DNA from: Octopus vulgaris
Taxonomy: Eukaryota
DNA: 64,000 nucleotides
NCBI GenBank assembly: GCA_951406725.2
Contig: OX597824.1
Coordinates: 13,206,001 to 13,270,000 of the forward strand
Direction: 5' to 3'
Part shown: positions 52,557 through 64,000 of the stretch, piece by piece
How positions within the stretch are numbered: position 1 is the stretch's first letter
How the letters are laid out: each line of letters opens with the position of its first letter
Made by a program: the position numbers and the translations under genes
The notes under the pieces: generated by a model
Seen by the model: the letters and a program-made list of their open reading frames with translations, nothing else
Told to the model about the DNA's origin: nothing
Databases searched by the model: none

Positions 52557-53477
52557 TGAGTGTTGTTTTGCCGACAAGAACATGAAAGCAGTGAAAACAA
52601 CTCCAGTACTTGTTCCCCGGTTATTTATAAAGCTCTCCAGAAGAGAAAAGGTATAAAACATGCTTGAAACATATAGCGGGAACCATCTTGAAAGCGAGAC
52701 TTAGGAGAAATAGGAGTTGTATTAAAACTTCATCATGTAACCCATGGATGAATGCAACATTAGTGACAAGGTTGAGATCGGAACTCAGACCAGGAATACC
52801 CAATATGCGTAGACGCGAGTGTGTGAGTATTTCTGTATCATTCAGTTCGCGAAAAAACTGCAGCACTTTTACAATAATAGTTCGTAACTACAATTCATAA
52901 CAAAAATTTTCCGTTACCCAATAAAGAATATATTTCTTTAAAGTCACAATGCAACAGAAATTTACCAGTTTTAGTGCAGTCATTACATTGTATATCAATA
53001 TATCTATCACGTCGTTGCTTCATGCCGCATATTGAAACTATTCTCAAACAAGCGTTATACAAAGATATGCACCATTTTAGCAAAGTGTTTTGCCGACATT
53101 CCCACAAAAGGTCAACTGCTGAAAGTTCAATTAGGCATTTACGTTAGTTCTCATAGTTTTTTATTTATTATGACAAGAAGATTCCCAGAGCTTGTCTACT
53201 TTGTGATTATGTTAAACGTCCGATTGATGCAATGGCTGCTTCTGTCAGTCAACAACAATGCCGGCCTTTGTGACAGCTGTACAAATAGTATTTCATATGA
53301 GATTTCAGAAAAGAGAAACTATTGTAATTCATATTAAAGTTACGAAAGCATACGAAGGCATACGAAGGCATATTGGAAAAGTTAACTAGAAAACTAACAG
53401 TGTTTTGTAGAAATAGCAGGATGAGGAATGTAACAATTATGCAGAAGCATAACTCAAACTTGTATTTATCAGTGAAC

Positions 53478-53743
53478 CCTTTTTTAACCTTTTTACTTGT
53501 TTCAGTTATTTGACTGCGGCCATGCTGGAGCACCGCCTTCAGCCGAGAGCAAATCGACCCCAGTGACTTATTCTTTGTAAGCCTATTCTATCGGTCTCTT
53601 TTGCCGAACCGCTAAGTTACGGGGACGTATACAGACCACCATCGGTTGTCAACCGATGTTGGGGGGGGGGGAACAAACACAGACACACAAACATATACAC
53701 ACACATACATACACACACACATACACACACAGACACGCACACA

Positions 53744-53826
<83 letters not shown>

Positions 53827-53993
53827 CACGACAGGCTTCTTTCAGTTTCTGCCTACCAAATCCACTCACAAGGCTTTAGTCGGCCCGAGGCTATAGTGGA
53901 AGACACTTGCCCAATGTGCCACGCAGTGGGAATGAACCCGGAATCAAGTGGCTGGTAAGCAAGCTACTTACCACACAGCCACTCCTGCGCCTA
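53478..53993 (-). mobile_element. SINE family B with expanded internal (TG)n
   Basis: Full head-to-tail homology. Confidence 0.92.
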
Positions 53994-55006
53994 TAACAAC
54001 TGATGAACAGCCTTCATCAATTTTCGAACCTTATGGAGTTCTCATCAGAGGCGTCTACATTATTTTGATAGTCTCCAATTTCCAAGTTAGACACTTGGAA
54101 ATTATAACAGAACATTAGCAGTCGATATGCTTAAAACATTAGGAAAGGGGTAAAATCTTGGCAACTTTGGGAGAATATCAAACTCAAACCTATGCTTATC
54201 ATTAGGCGTAAGAAGTTTCGACATCCGTGAAATTGAAAGCGAATCTGCCGTCTGACAGAACTGTGTTGACTGACAAGGTTGTTCGTGTAGTTCTACAGTC
54301 GTTCTTGATCTTAAATGTGTTAATGTTATAACACCCCCCCCCAAAATGTACTCTAATTATTTTTTGTCCAATGTGTCCTTTTTAAATATCTTATTGTTTG
54401 AGAGAGAGATTTGGTTGTTATTTCTAGCAGGTCAAGCGATTGCATAAAGGCTCTTCTCGTTGCTTGGTGATATTTTCGTTTGTACTCAAAACCATTTGAA
54501 TCATCAATAGAATTTCTCGCACGATACACATTATAACGAAATTTTCAAACTGAATAGAATCACTATAGATGATGAACCTCCACCATATTGATGACATTTA
54601 AACTAAACAGAACATCAGTATTGCTTTTATAGATCTGATAATCGAATCAAAGCAATCTATCAGTGTACACTATAAATATAATACGTGCTATATTTCCATA
54701 GAATGTATTTTATGATTACTCAAATACACAATAGAAATAATCTCGTAGTTGTTATTATTTCGTAGCCTTAGGTCAGCCGTTAACAAGCAGAAATCTAGAA
54801 TGAAAAACGGTTGAAATCCTGATTTGTTCGCCTTATTTTTCAACTTCAGAGAGTTACAGTCTACTTTGACCGATGGGTTTCGTCCATTATACGGTGACAT
54901 GTTGTAGCCGAAAGAAGATTTGACTGCTATTTAAGCGGGTAGAACGATCACACATTGGTACATAAGTTGGTTTGAGCTTATAGCGATTGCTGGTATTAAA
55001 CCTCGG

Positions 55007-55073
55007 AGCAGACGATATCGTCTAGCAGACGATATTATCTAGCAGACGATATCATCTAGCAGACGATATGATC
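55007..55073. repeat. 17 bp minisatellite (~4 copies) with palindromic core
   Basis: AGCAGACGATATCGTCT units start at 55007, 55024, 55041 and 55058. Confidence 0.9.
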
Positions 55074-55558
55074 AGAGGTATTCCATTATATTGTATTCAG
55101 GAGTACATTATCCAATAAGTTCCATGCTTATATAATTGCAGATCAAATTTGGTTGTTATTTTTGGAGTGTGAAACATAAAGAAGTTTCAGAATCATGCAA
55201 TATACTATAAAATATTGCAGTAAGAAATGTTGGTAACAATATCTTTGAAATTAATTGTATAAAATAGCAATCTTCCATACCATTAAAATAACAATAACGC
55301 TTATACTTAGTAATAAATCTAATATGTTAACTTAACAACCAGCAAACATGCTATGGTTTTATCATACTTTATAACGGGGGAGTTAAACTGATTATATTTT
55401 GACGTTCGTATTGTGTTTAAATTATAGTAAATTTAATATGTGTTAATAATATGTATCTGCTTATAAGTACACACACGCGCGCACACACTCAAGCAAAAAC
55501 ACTCACGCAAATGTACACACGAACACATATAGAATATAATATAATGTAATATAACATG

Positions 55559-55647
<89 letters not shown>

Positions 55648-56304
55648 CTTGTGTGTGTGTGTCTCTGTGTGTGTCTGTGTGTGAAAAGATATAGAGGATG
55701 TATTATTCATACATACATTTATATTTTCATTTTTCATTTTATCTAGTTTCAGCTCACGAGCTCAGGCTATGCTGGGGCACCGCCATATATATATATATAT
55801 ATATACATGTGAGGTATGCGTAGGTAGCTACAAACCCACACACTCACATCTCACACGCTCTCACTCACACACACGTACATATATACCCACATTCATATAT
55901 ATACAGTGCTTATCCAACATGACAGATTGAAATAACCTCTTGGCTTTGAATGCTACACGTGCCGAATTTAACATAGAAATATCTTTGCAAACATACTACC
56001 CATCCAACTCAGTATGTAATCAAAACGATATAAATATCCAGAGGCAACATTGTATGATCTGAGGCAACTGAAGTATTCTACTACAAAGTTGAGGTCCCGA
56101 AGGACTAGGAGATATTAATACCCACACGGGAACTGGACTCAGTCCAGCTAGCTAACAAACATCTAAAATATTATGTATTTCACTTTCTTGTACTAAGGAC
56201 AATGAGATTTTTTTTTTACCCAAGTAGTAATGATTTTGAGCCGGGTGTTTTAGTGTGACCCTCTCGACATACAACACAACATAGAATATATACACTGTAT
56301 ATAA

Positions 56305-56490
56305 AGCAGCGCGCTGGCAGAATCATTAGCACGCCAGGCAAGATGGTTAGCAGTATTTCGTTCGACTTTACGTCCTGAGTTCAAATTCCGCTGAGGTTGA
56401 CTTTGCCTTTCATCTTTTCCGGATCGATAAAATAAGTAATTTTAAGTAATAAGAAATTGTTGGCTTTGTGCCAAAATTTGAAACCAATGT
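56305..56490 (+). mobile_element. family A SINE
   Basis: GCTGGCAGAATCATTAGCACGCC..GAGTTCAAATTCC..GACTTTGCCTTTCATC. Confidence 0.85.
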
Positions 56491-56493
56491 TTG

Positions 56494-56525
<32 letters not shown>

Positions 56526-56584
56526 TATATACATATATATATACATATATATATTTATATATATATATATATATATATACATAC

Positions 56585-56625
<41 letters not shown>

Positions 56626-57739
56626 CTTACACTATGTAATATATATATATATATACACTTATCGTATATTGATGTACGTATATACATTATACGTACATAT
56701 ATAATATTATTTATATTATAAATGCATATATACATATACATATATGTGTGTGTGTGTGTGTGTGCGTGCATTCATCCATGCACACATACACACGCAAATA
56801 TGCACGAGAGAAAAAGACAAATGGATTGGCGAAATGATAGAAATAATGAATATGAACCAGCGATTCTTACATGCGGAGTTCTGATTGGGTGGAATTGCTG
56901 TGGTTGCGCTGGATACCATGATTGCTGTGGTTACTATGGAAACCTGATTGCTATGGTTGCATGTACGCATGATGGAACTGTTTATCCTACTACATGCATG
57001 TTCTGTGTCGCAAATAACATCCAACAATAATTTCAACGTAGCGTGTCATACTCTCATCTTTCATGCGATGTTTTCCTCCTGTGTTCATCAGTGAAGTAAA
57101 TTATCTAATTATCTTAACAATCTATTCGATTGATTCCTCAGTTGCATCATCAGTCACTGTTTGTTTGAAGATGGACAAACAGCCGTGTAATGCTTCTACT
57201 TTATCTCGTATTATTGTTTGCATCTTCTCTACAGTAAATAGCTGAGTGCTAAAGCAACTGGATATGTCACAAAAACCCACCAACGAAGGAATGTCTATGT
57301 GGTCGTTTCGGCAGCTAGAAATAGAAGAAAATATCCTTAACAAAGTAACATACAAGAAGGGTACATTAGATAATTTATGGGTCGATATATTTTGCTTGGA
57401 ATAAATATACGTTTCTCACATTTGCTGTAACGCATTTGATTACAGAGCTCCTAGATCATAACTGACTTGGGATTAATGCTAACACGGAAAACCACAAGCT
57501 AAGGAGGGAACTGAGCATGTGTTCATTCGATAGTCTAGAGGTAACAGCTATATTTCCTTAAAATCACACTCAACTGTCGTAAGGCCTTCGTCTATCAGAA
57601 TTGACTATATATCTTCATTTGGAAAGTTTCTCTCCTTGACATAGGACTGCGTAAGGTTTTCAAGCCTTGAAAACAAGTAAAACAAAGTTACTTAAAGACA
57701 TGAACGCGACCATAGTGGCCCAAGGAAAGTTTTCATTGG

Positions 57740-58470
57740 AAAATATATAATATACAAAACATTAAACAAATCATTCACACAGTGCAAATATAAAACTGTT
57801 TCATCTCTGTAGCAAAACTGACATTTTTGATAGCAAATTCTACTCTTTTTTTTTCTTTTTTCCTAAAGGAAAAATCCTGCAAATTACTTGTGAGTTACCT
57901 GTTTTTTCTCTTTTTTGGTAACTGAAAATATTTCTTCAGGTTCTTCATCACCAAGGACTTCTTCAGTTAATATTTTACGAAATTCGCGTCTAGATTAGCG
58001 TTTGTTCTTCTGTTTGAATTGTGCATTCTTTTTGATATATAACAAAAAAGCATTATATGCAACTGTATCAATCAGGTTGGAAAACACTGCCATTGGCCAT
58101 CTTTGTGTGGTACTCGTTTTACCGAATAGTATCTAATCAACTTGTCAAGTGTGTCATAGAAGTTCCTGAAAATTAAGGAAAACTCGGCAACATATTTCTT
58201 AATCTGAATTTATTGTTCTCAACAAAATAAGACACACTATTCACAGGACTACAGAAGTCCAGCCTATGTTATTTTTCCGGAACGGTACTTTCTTAATATT
58301 TAAAGCGCAATCTCAAACTTTTTTTAACCAAAAAATTAGGATAAGAAATTTAAGATATAGGATTAATTTACAGCACCATTAATTTAAATTAAATAAGATT
58401 TTTATATTAAAATAAATGGCTCCGAAACAAAAAGGAGCTCTACGGTCACTTCCGTGTTTTTGAGGGTTAA
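57740..58470 (-). mobile_element. piggyBac-family deleted element
   Basis: Minus strand DTLDKLIRYYSVKR / TQRWPMAVFSNLIDTVAYNAFLLY (piggyBac third-Asp region, ~58030-58160), Cys-rich remnant CQFC..CTV near 57770-57825, and terminus TTAA|CCC at 58464-58470. Confidence 0.75.
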
Positions 58471-58934
58471 AGGATGACTAACAATTGATTGTTAAACATA
58501 ATTCCCAAGGGGAGATCTAAGGGCCGATTCCAATGACATCACCCGTAAGTTCAGAACGTAAAGAAACCAAAGCAAATACTTCATGGCATTTTGTGGAACG
58601 CTCGAACAATTTTGCAAATCCTCTGATTTTCATTGTTTTTCTTTTATTAACCCCAGAATAATAAAAGACAAAGTTGAAAGCAGCGGGATATGAACTCAAA
58701 TCGCAAAAACGCCGGAACATATACTGAAAGGCGTTTTGTTCGACACTTTATTATTCTGTTAAACTACCTCACTTTTAGACACACTCTCTATAACATATAC
58801 TAGGTGGTCACGGCTGAACCGTGTTAAACGTATCGAGGCTGATACGAAGTTAAACAGAGACGGCGTCAACATTTTGAACCAATCCAGGCAAAATTCGACC
58901 AGAATGCCTCGACAACTGGTGCATAAAGTAATAA

Positions 58935-59030
58935 TCCTTTCTAATATAGACAGAAGGCCTGAGATTTGGGGGAGGGGGGAGAATAGTCGATTACATCGAC
59001 TCCAGTGTTTCACTAGTACTTAATTTGTCG
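58935..59030 (-). mobile_element. family A SINE 3' fragment (further degenerate copies at ~58520-58760, 59915-60030 and 61875-62058)
   Basis: GTCGATTACATCGACTCCAGTG and core homology. Confidence 0.7.
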
Positions 59031-60085
59031 CATTGGAGTGTTAACTGTAAAGTTACAGATAAAAGGCCTCAGTGAAACTGTGCAGCTGCCGCGTCTGTAC
59101 CAAGTATGAAACTTGTGTAATTATAGTGTAATATGCCATTCTAACTATTTAATGCGTCATGTCACTTTTGGCGCAAACGCCATTTTTGAAACATATGAAT
59201 CCATATAAAGTGACTGAAAGAGAAAACAAACCCCATCACGTGACTGATTTGGAAATGGACGGCGTTAATACTTTTATCGAATTCAAGAAGCCATAGCGGT
59301 ATTGTTATTCTCTGGTCGTCTTATTGTCAATAAAATATGACACCAAACACCTGCTTGCCTTTTCTGCTTGAGTGATTGGACTTGACAATCCAGTCGCATA
59401 GATAATACTAGAAAGTAAATTATATTATCTGATTTATCATTCTTACAGATATATGGCTGAGCATCTACGTGGATGCTCCGTTTGCTAGAATTAGCACCTG
59501 AATCTCCTTCATTTCACGTTCTACAATCTTAAGTATGGGAATTGACATATATAATATTGCTCTTGTTAGTACTATACAAAAGCGTGATAGTAACAGATAA
59601 AACATAGACTTGCTTGCACAGTGTTGACACGGAACTAATCGACTGTAAATAGTACAGAGCTATATACACTCGGTATTATATATCAATAAAGCGTGTCGAT
59701 CACAGATACAAAATAGCCTCAATAGTGAGACACGAAACACCGACTGCGTAATAATAAGAGTAATAGTGGCTGTAGTAGCAGCCCCAGCATATGAAACAGT
59801 AGTAGTGTAACCACAGATTATTTCTAATTGACCTGACGTGATCAATTATATTCCAGGCGTGACCAACCTGTAAAGTTTATTTCTTAACAGAAACTATTCA
59901 GCCAGTTCACCGCCCTTTTCCTTTCATCGTTTCGGGATCGATAAATTAAGTACCAGTTGCGTACTGGGGTCGATCTAAACGACTGCCCCCCTCCCCCAAA
60001 ATTTCGGGCCTTGTGCCTAGAGTAGAAAAGATTTTGATCAGTGAAATATTAAGTAAATAATATAAATGTAGTAGTAGTAGTAGTT

Positions 60086-60127
<42 letters not shown>

Positions 60128-60386
60128 TATTTCTGATCGATGAATCGTATTCGACTCCATTCCAAATTTGACCATCCTATAAAGTCTTTTTCCAACACAT
60201 TATATGGGCTAAATTATTTTCCATTTTTTGTCGTTAACAGGAGCGTCTGTAATTCCAGTGAAGGAGAATTAAGCACTAGTTCTACAATTTGTGCGGATGC
60301 GTTGAGGCATCCTTATTTCCTCATAGCGTATGTATGTATGTATGTATGTATGTATGTATGTATGTATGTATGTATGTATGTATGTA

Positions 60387-60750
60387 TTCAGTTTTATTTC
60401 AAGATTTCTCGCCAATAGAAAAAAGAGCCGGTTTCTAACCTAGATCTGTGGTTGCATTGCAAATTCAACATCAACAACAAGATATTTTTGTATGCATGGA
60501 TGTATGTGTATAGATTTGTATGTTTTGTTTTATGAATATATTTTCATGCATATAGTTGTATGTCTCGACATGTTCATATATATATAAATGATAAACTTTT
60601 GGAAAGTTTTACAGATTTTTACAGTTCCAGTGATGGAGTGGATCTGTAGTCTTCGAATCAGCTTCCTCCTTTCTGGTTTTGAGAATCCTGATTTCTCAAA
60701 ATTGGTATTTTGGCAGTATATTACATATCACAGTGCCCCAATAATTACTA
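60387..60750 (-). mobile_element. second copy of the RLE-type retroposon 3' end seen at 26.2-27.0 kb
   Basis: VIIGAL..QNTNFEKSGFSKPERRKLIRRLQIHSITGTVKICKTFQKF; shared 3' UTR. Confidence 0.78.
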
Positions 60751-63080
60751 TATATAAGAAAGCATATGAAACAAAAATACCAAGCTCTCAGTAAAATGAT
60801 ACATGTTCAACTATATACTTTACAGGAACATAAAGCATAGAGACTAATTGAAGGTTACTATCCAAGTGAAACTGCATGCTGTTGACCATTTATATATCTA
60901 TGCCTACTGCCACACCCAGCCACTCAACCTTGTTGCGGTTGACTGCACAAAAGTTGTAAAGGCCGCCAGAGAAATGGTCGCCTTACTACAGCAACTGTAG
61001 TTGCCTATTGCGCAGAGGAGTTTTAGCAATTAAATTTTCCCCTTACGAATTAAGCCTTCAGTAAACCCGCTAAAGATTTCTTCAAAGGTTCCGAATGCAG
61101 CAATGAACTGACAACCAGTTGAATTTAGAACAATGATGTGAAGAGACACACAATGGATGATAAATCATACGATCAAACGAATGGTGAAACGTACGATCAA
61201 GCCGCAAACCATTTATCTTATGAGAGACAAATAGCCGCAAAGATTACCGATATATCGTGAAGATATTCGACGTTTGCTGTGTGACCTTCATGCTTGTTTT
61301 ACTTTGGATACCTGACGCCAGTTTTCCGTAGAAATCTGTAATGGCGATTCTTTCCCACCTTACTCTGAAAAGAAGCCAATTCCTGAAATTTAACATTCTG
61401 AAATCCGCGGCAGAATCATATCAGTTGAACATGAATAACACGGAGACAGTGTGTTACAAGTCGAAGCGTTTTACTTAGTTGTGCCACACGTTTTAAATTC
61501 ATTGACCGAGTTACTTAAGTTTTTGTATTTCTGCAGAGATCCCTTCCTTGAGATCTTCAGACTGCTTCAATTTACTGCTTCATGAAACCTAGATTTTCCA
61601 AGTTGCGGCTAATCTGTGAAATGCAATGATCGTCAACAGACTGGAAAATTTAGGCACGTATGCCATTAGGAGACGATTTGTCGACTGTTTGATTTTTCAA
61701 TGATTCGTCCTTCTTTCCGAGGCAAATCACTAGGAACATAAGAATTGTCGCTATTTGTCACTTCAATCTACAACCGAATCTTTCACGTGTCGGTATCTTT
61801 TTTATTTTAACTTTGCAATGAAATTGATGAGTGACTTCGTATTTCATATATTGCATAAAATCTCTTTTATGCCAGGCAGCGTGCTGACAGAATCGTTAGT
61901 ACGGGCGAAATACTTTGCGGCATTCGTTCTGAGTTCGAATTCCACCGTTGTCGACTTTGCCTTTCATCCTTTCGGGGTCGACAAATTAAATACTAGTGAA
62001 ACACTGGAGTCGATGTAATCGACTATTCTTCCCCTCTCCCAAATCTGAGGCCTTCTGCAGGTACATACGTTTTTCGGAAATTAAATTCATTTCTTGTTAT
62101 TTCACCGATTACTGAGCAATAAGGAATGGCAAAATAAAGTATAAGGCATTAGTAAGCATGAATTTAATGAACATTGTGAAAATGAGTGCTTGTTCATGGC
62201 GGGTCCTTCAGGATAACCATATAATGTGTGAATATAGTTCCTCACATAATAGAAGATATAGGTTTCAGTAGACACTACAAATTGTAACATCAGACTAAGA
62301 CTAAAACTTGCACTTCAGTAAGAGTTACAAAAGTATTTGCAGTTAAATAAGGAAAGGAACCAAATCACATATCTTGAAAGGCATTGCTAAATTCTGGTAT
62401 CCAACCGATCATCTTTTGATGTTGTTTTAGCATTGGTAAAGAGTAACGATCATACATTTGGCTGGCCTGTGTATTACATGTGATACACAGAAACTACTTC
62501 CCTGGCGTCCATACATCGTATATGATACACATTCCCAGTTTGTTTCAGCGTATCGTAGAACTTATAAAAGGGAAGTTTTATATTTCTCAGTATGTAGGAA
62601 ACAAGGACAAACTTAAAGTTTGAAAACAAGCAAAGATGTTAAGGACAAACTTATGAAAATGCTTTGGATAGGCAAACACCAGAAAAATTAAAACAAATTT
62701 ATTTTTGTGCAAGTTAGTTAAAGAAGTCACAGTTGCACTGAAATTTCCTAGAGTTTTACAGTATCGTGCAAAAGTCTTCGGCCACTTTAAGCTATTGTAA
62801 ATTTCTATTAAATGCCAACTTATAAGTGGCTGTTTCGCATTGCATTTTTTCACAGATGAAATATTGGTCTTGTTGGAGTCATTTCCATACCTAATCATTA
62901 TATTTCGTAGTAGTGGTTCTGAACGAGAGGGGAAGATGCGAGACGACTACCAAATATGGCCGTGCAAAAGTATTCAGCCATCTCATATAAAACAATCAAG
63001 ATACAGGATTTTAAAAGAGAAAAATATCTATAATGAAAATTTATAACATAATGTTCATTTCAAGAAGTTACTGTATATTG

Positions 63081-63610
63081 TTAATATTTTGTGTGGCTTT
63101 CCTTGGCTTGAATAATTGCTTCAATGCATCTGGGAAGAGATGCATACAAATCCTTCACTATTTTCACAGGTATGAAATGTCATTCTCTGTGGCTGAGCTC
63201 CCACAACTCTTCAAGATTGCGTGGATTCTTCTGATGAACTCTTCTCTTTAGTTCTGTCCACATTTGCTCGATGATATTTAAGTCAGGGCTCTGAGATGGT
63301 CAATCTTTCAATACGGTAACACCTTCATCAACCAGATTTTGTTGTATTGCACGCGATCTGTGGCACGGAGCTCCTACATGCTGAAAAATCTCACCTTCAT
63401 CCAAGTCTAGCATCAAATTGTCCCTCAGCAACTGGATGTATTTAGCACTATTCAAGTTATTGTCAGTTTTAATAAACTTTCTTGAGCCATTACTTTTTAT
63501 GTATCCACAAACCATCAGACTCTTACCGCCAAACGTCGCTGTTTTCATCGTGTAAAATGGGTCGTTTCGCTTTCCTGGAGGCCTTCTGACAAATTTTCGT
63601 TTATTAGAAA
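63081..63610 (-). pseudogene. Tc1-family (DD34E) transposase fragment
   Basis: [67 protein letters not shown]. Confidence 0.92.
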
Positions 63611-63811
63611 GCGAAATGTCGTATACTTAATTATCTCCGAAACTGTCTTGCAGAAATCAGAAAGACGGGGTACTCCTGCTTTAGAAGGGGTTGTGAGCAT
63701 GAAGATAGGGACAATGGATAGGTTGTAAAAAAGGACACTGACAAGATAGTTTTTACTACTTATACATTATTTGAATTATTTGAAAGCTAACTTTAACATA
63801 ACGACTGTTGG

Positions 63812-63946
63812 CTGTTTACCAACCACATGGTTCCGGGTTCATTCCCACTGCGTGGCAACTTGAGTAGGTGTCTTCTATTCTATTCTCGGGCCGACCAAAC
63901 CCTTGTGTGTATATTTGGTAGACAGAAACTGAAAGAAACCCGTCAT
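63812..63946 (+). mobile_element. SINE family B 5' part
   Basis: ACCAACCACATGGTTCCGGGTTCATTCCCACTGCGTGGCA..GAAACTGAAAGAAACCCGTC. Confidence 0.85.
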
Positions 63947-64000
63947 ATATATGTATGTATATATATGTACGTATGTATATATATATATATATATATATAT

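Noticed and set aside
52664-52900. Possible host exon with a GTGAGT donor near 52823
   Set aside because: No recognisable protein similarity or convincing acceptor; the surrounding sequence looks like decayed transposon DNA.
56722-57030. Cys-rich peptide ORF (GWNCCGCAGYHDCCGYYG), toxin- or metallothionein-like
   Set aside because: The ORF starts in a microsatellite and has no signal peptide; the CCG repeats arise from a short degenerate DNA repeat.

Overview
AT-rich, microsatellite-saturated eukaryotic DNA (intergenic or intronic). The repeat content looks like a coleoid cephalopod (Octopus-like) genome; this is an inference from recalled repeat families, not a database match. No host protein-coding exon can be supported, and almost all ORFs in the track are simple-repeat translations. 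The complex sequence is mostly mobile-element debris: four tRNA-derived SINE families in many copies; a young 5'-truncated Penelope-like element with an open RT + GIY-YIG frame (37.7-39.8 kb) and several solo terminal repeats; CR1/L2-group LINE fragments; restriction-like-endonuclease (R4/Dong-type) retroposon fragments in (AAT)n; a Tx1/L1-like 3' end in (TATC)n; Tc1, maT-like, piggyBac and possibly hAT and Helitron relics; and several fold-back elements. The most interesting signals are RNA-structural: (i) minimal hammerhead-like folds in the Penelope termini, mostly with a non-canonical CUGUNGA core; (ii) two separate SINE/LINE 3'-tail partnerships, one with compensatory stem changes and one with an apparent Tx1/L1-clade partner; (iii) an apparent partition of microsatellite types among retroelement families; (iv) a fixed-spacing GAAA-N24/25-CTGANGA motif in divergent terminal repeats. 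All identifications were made by eye and boundaries are approximate.
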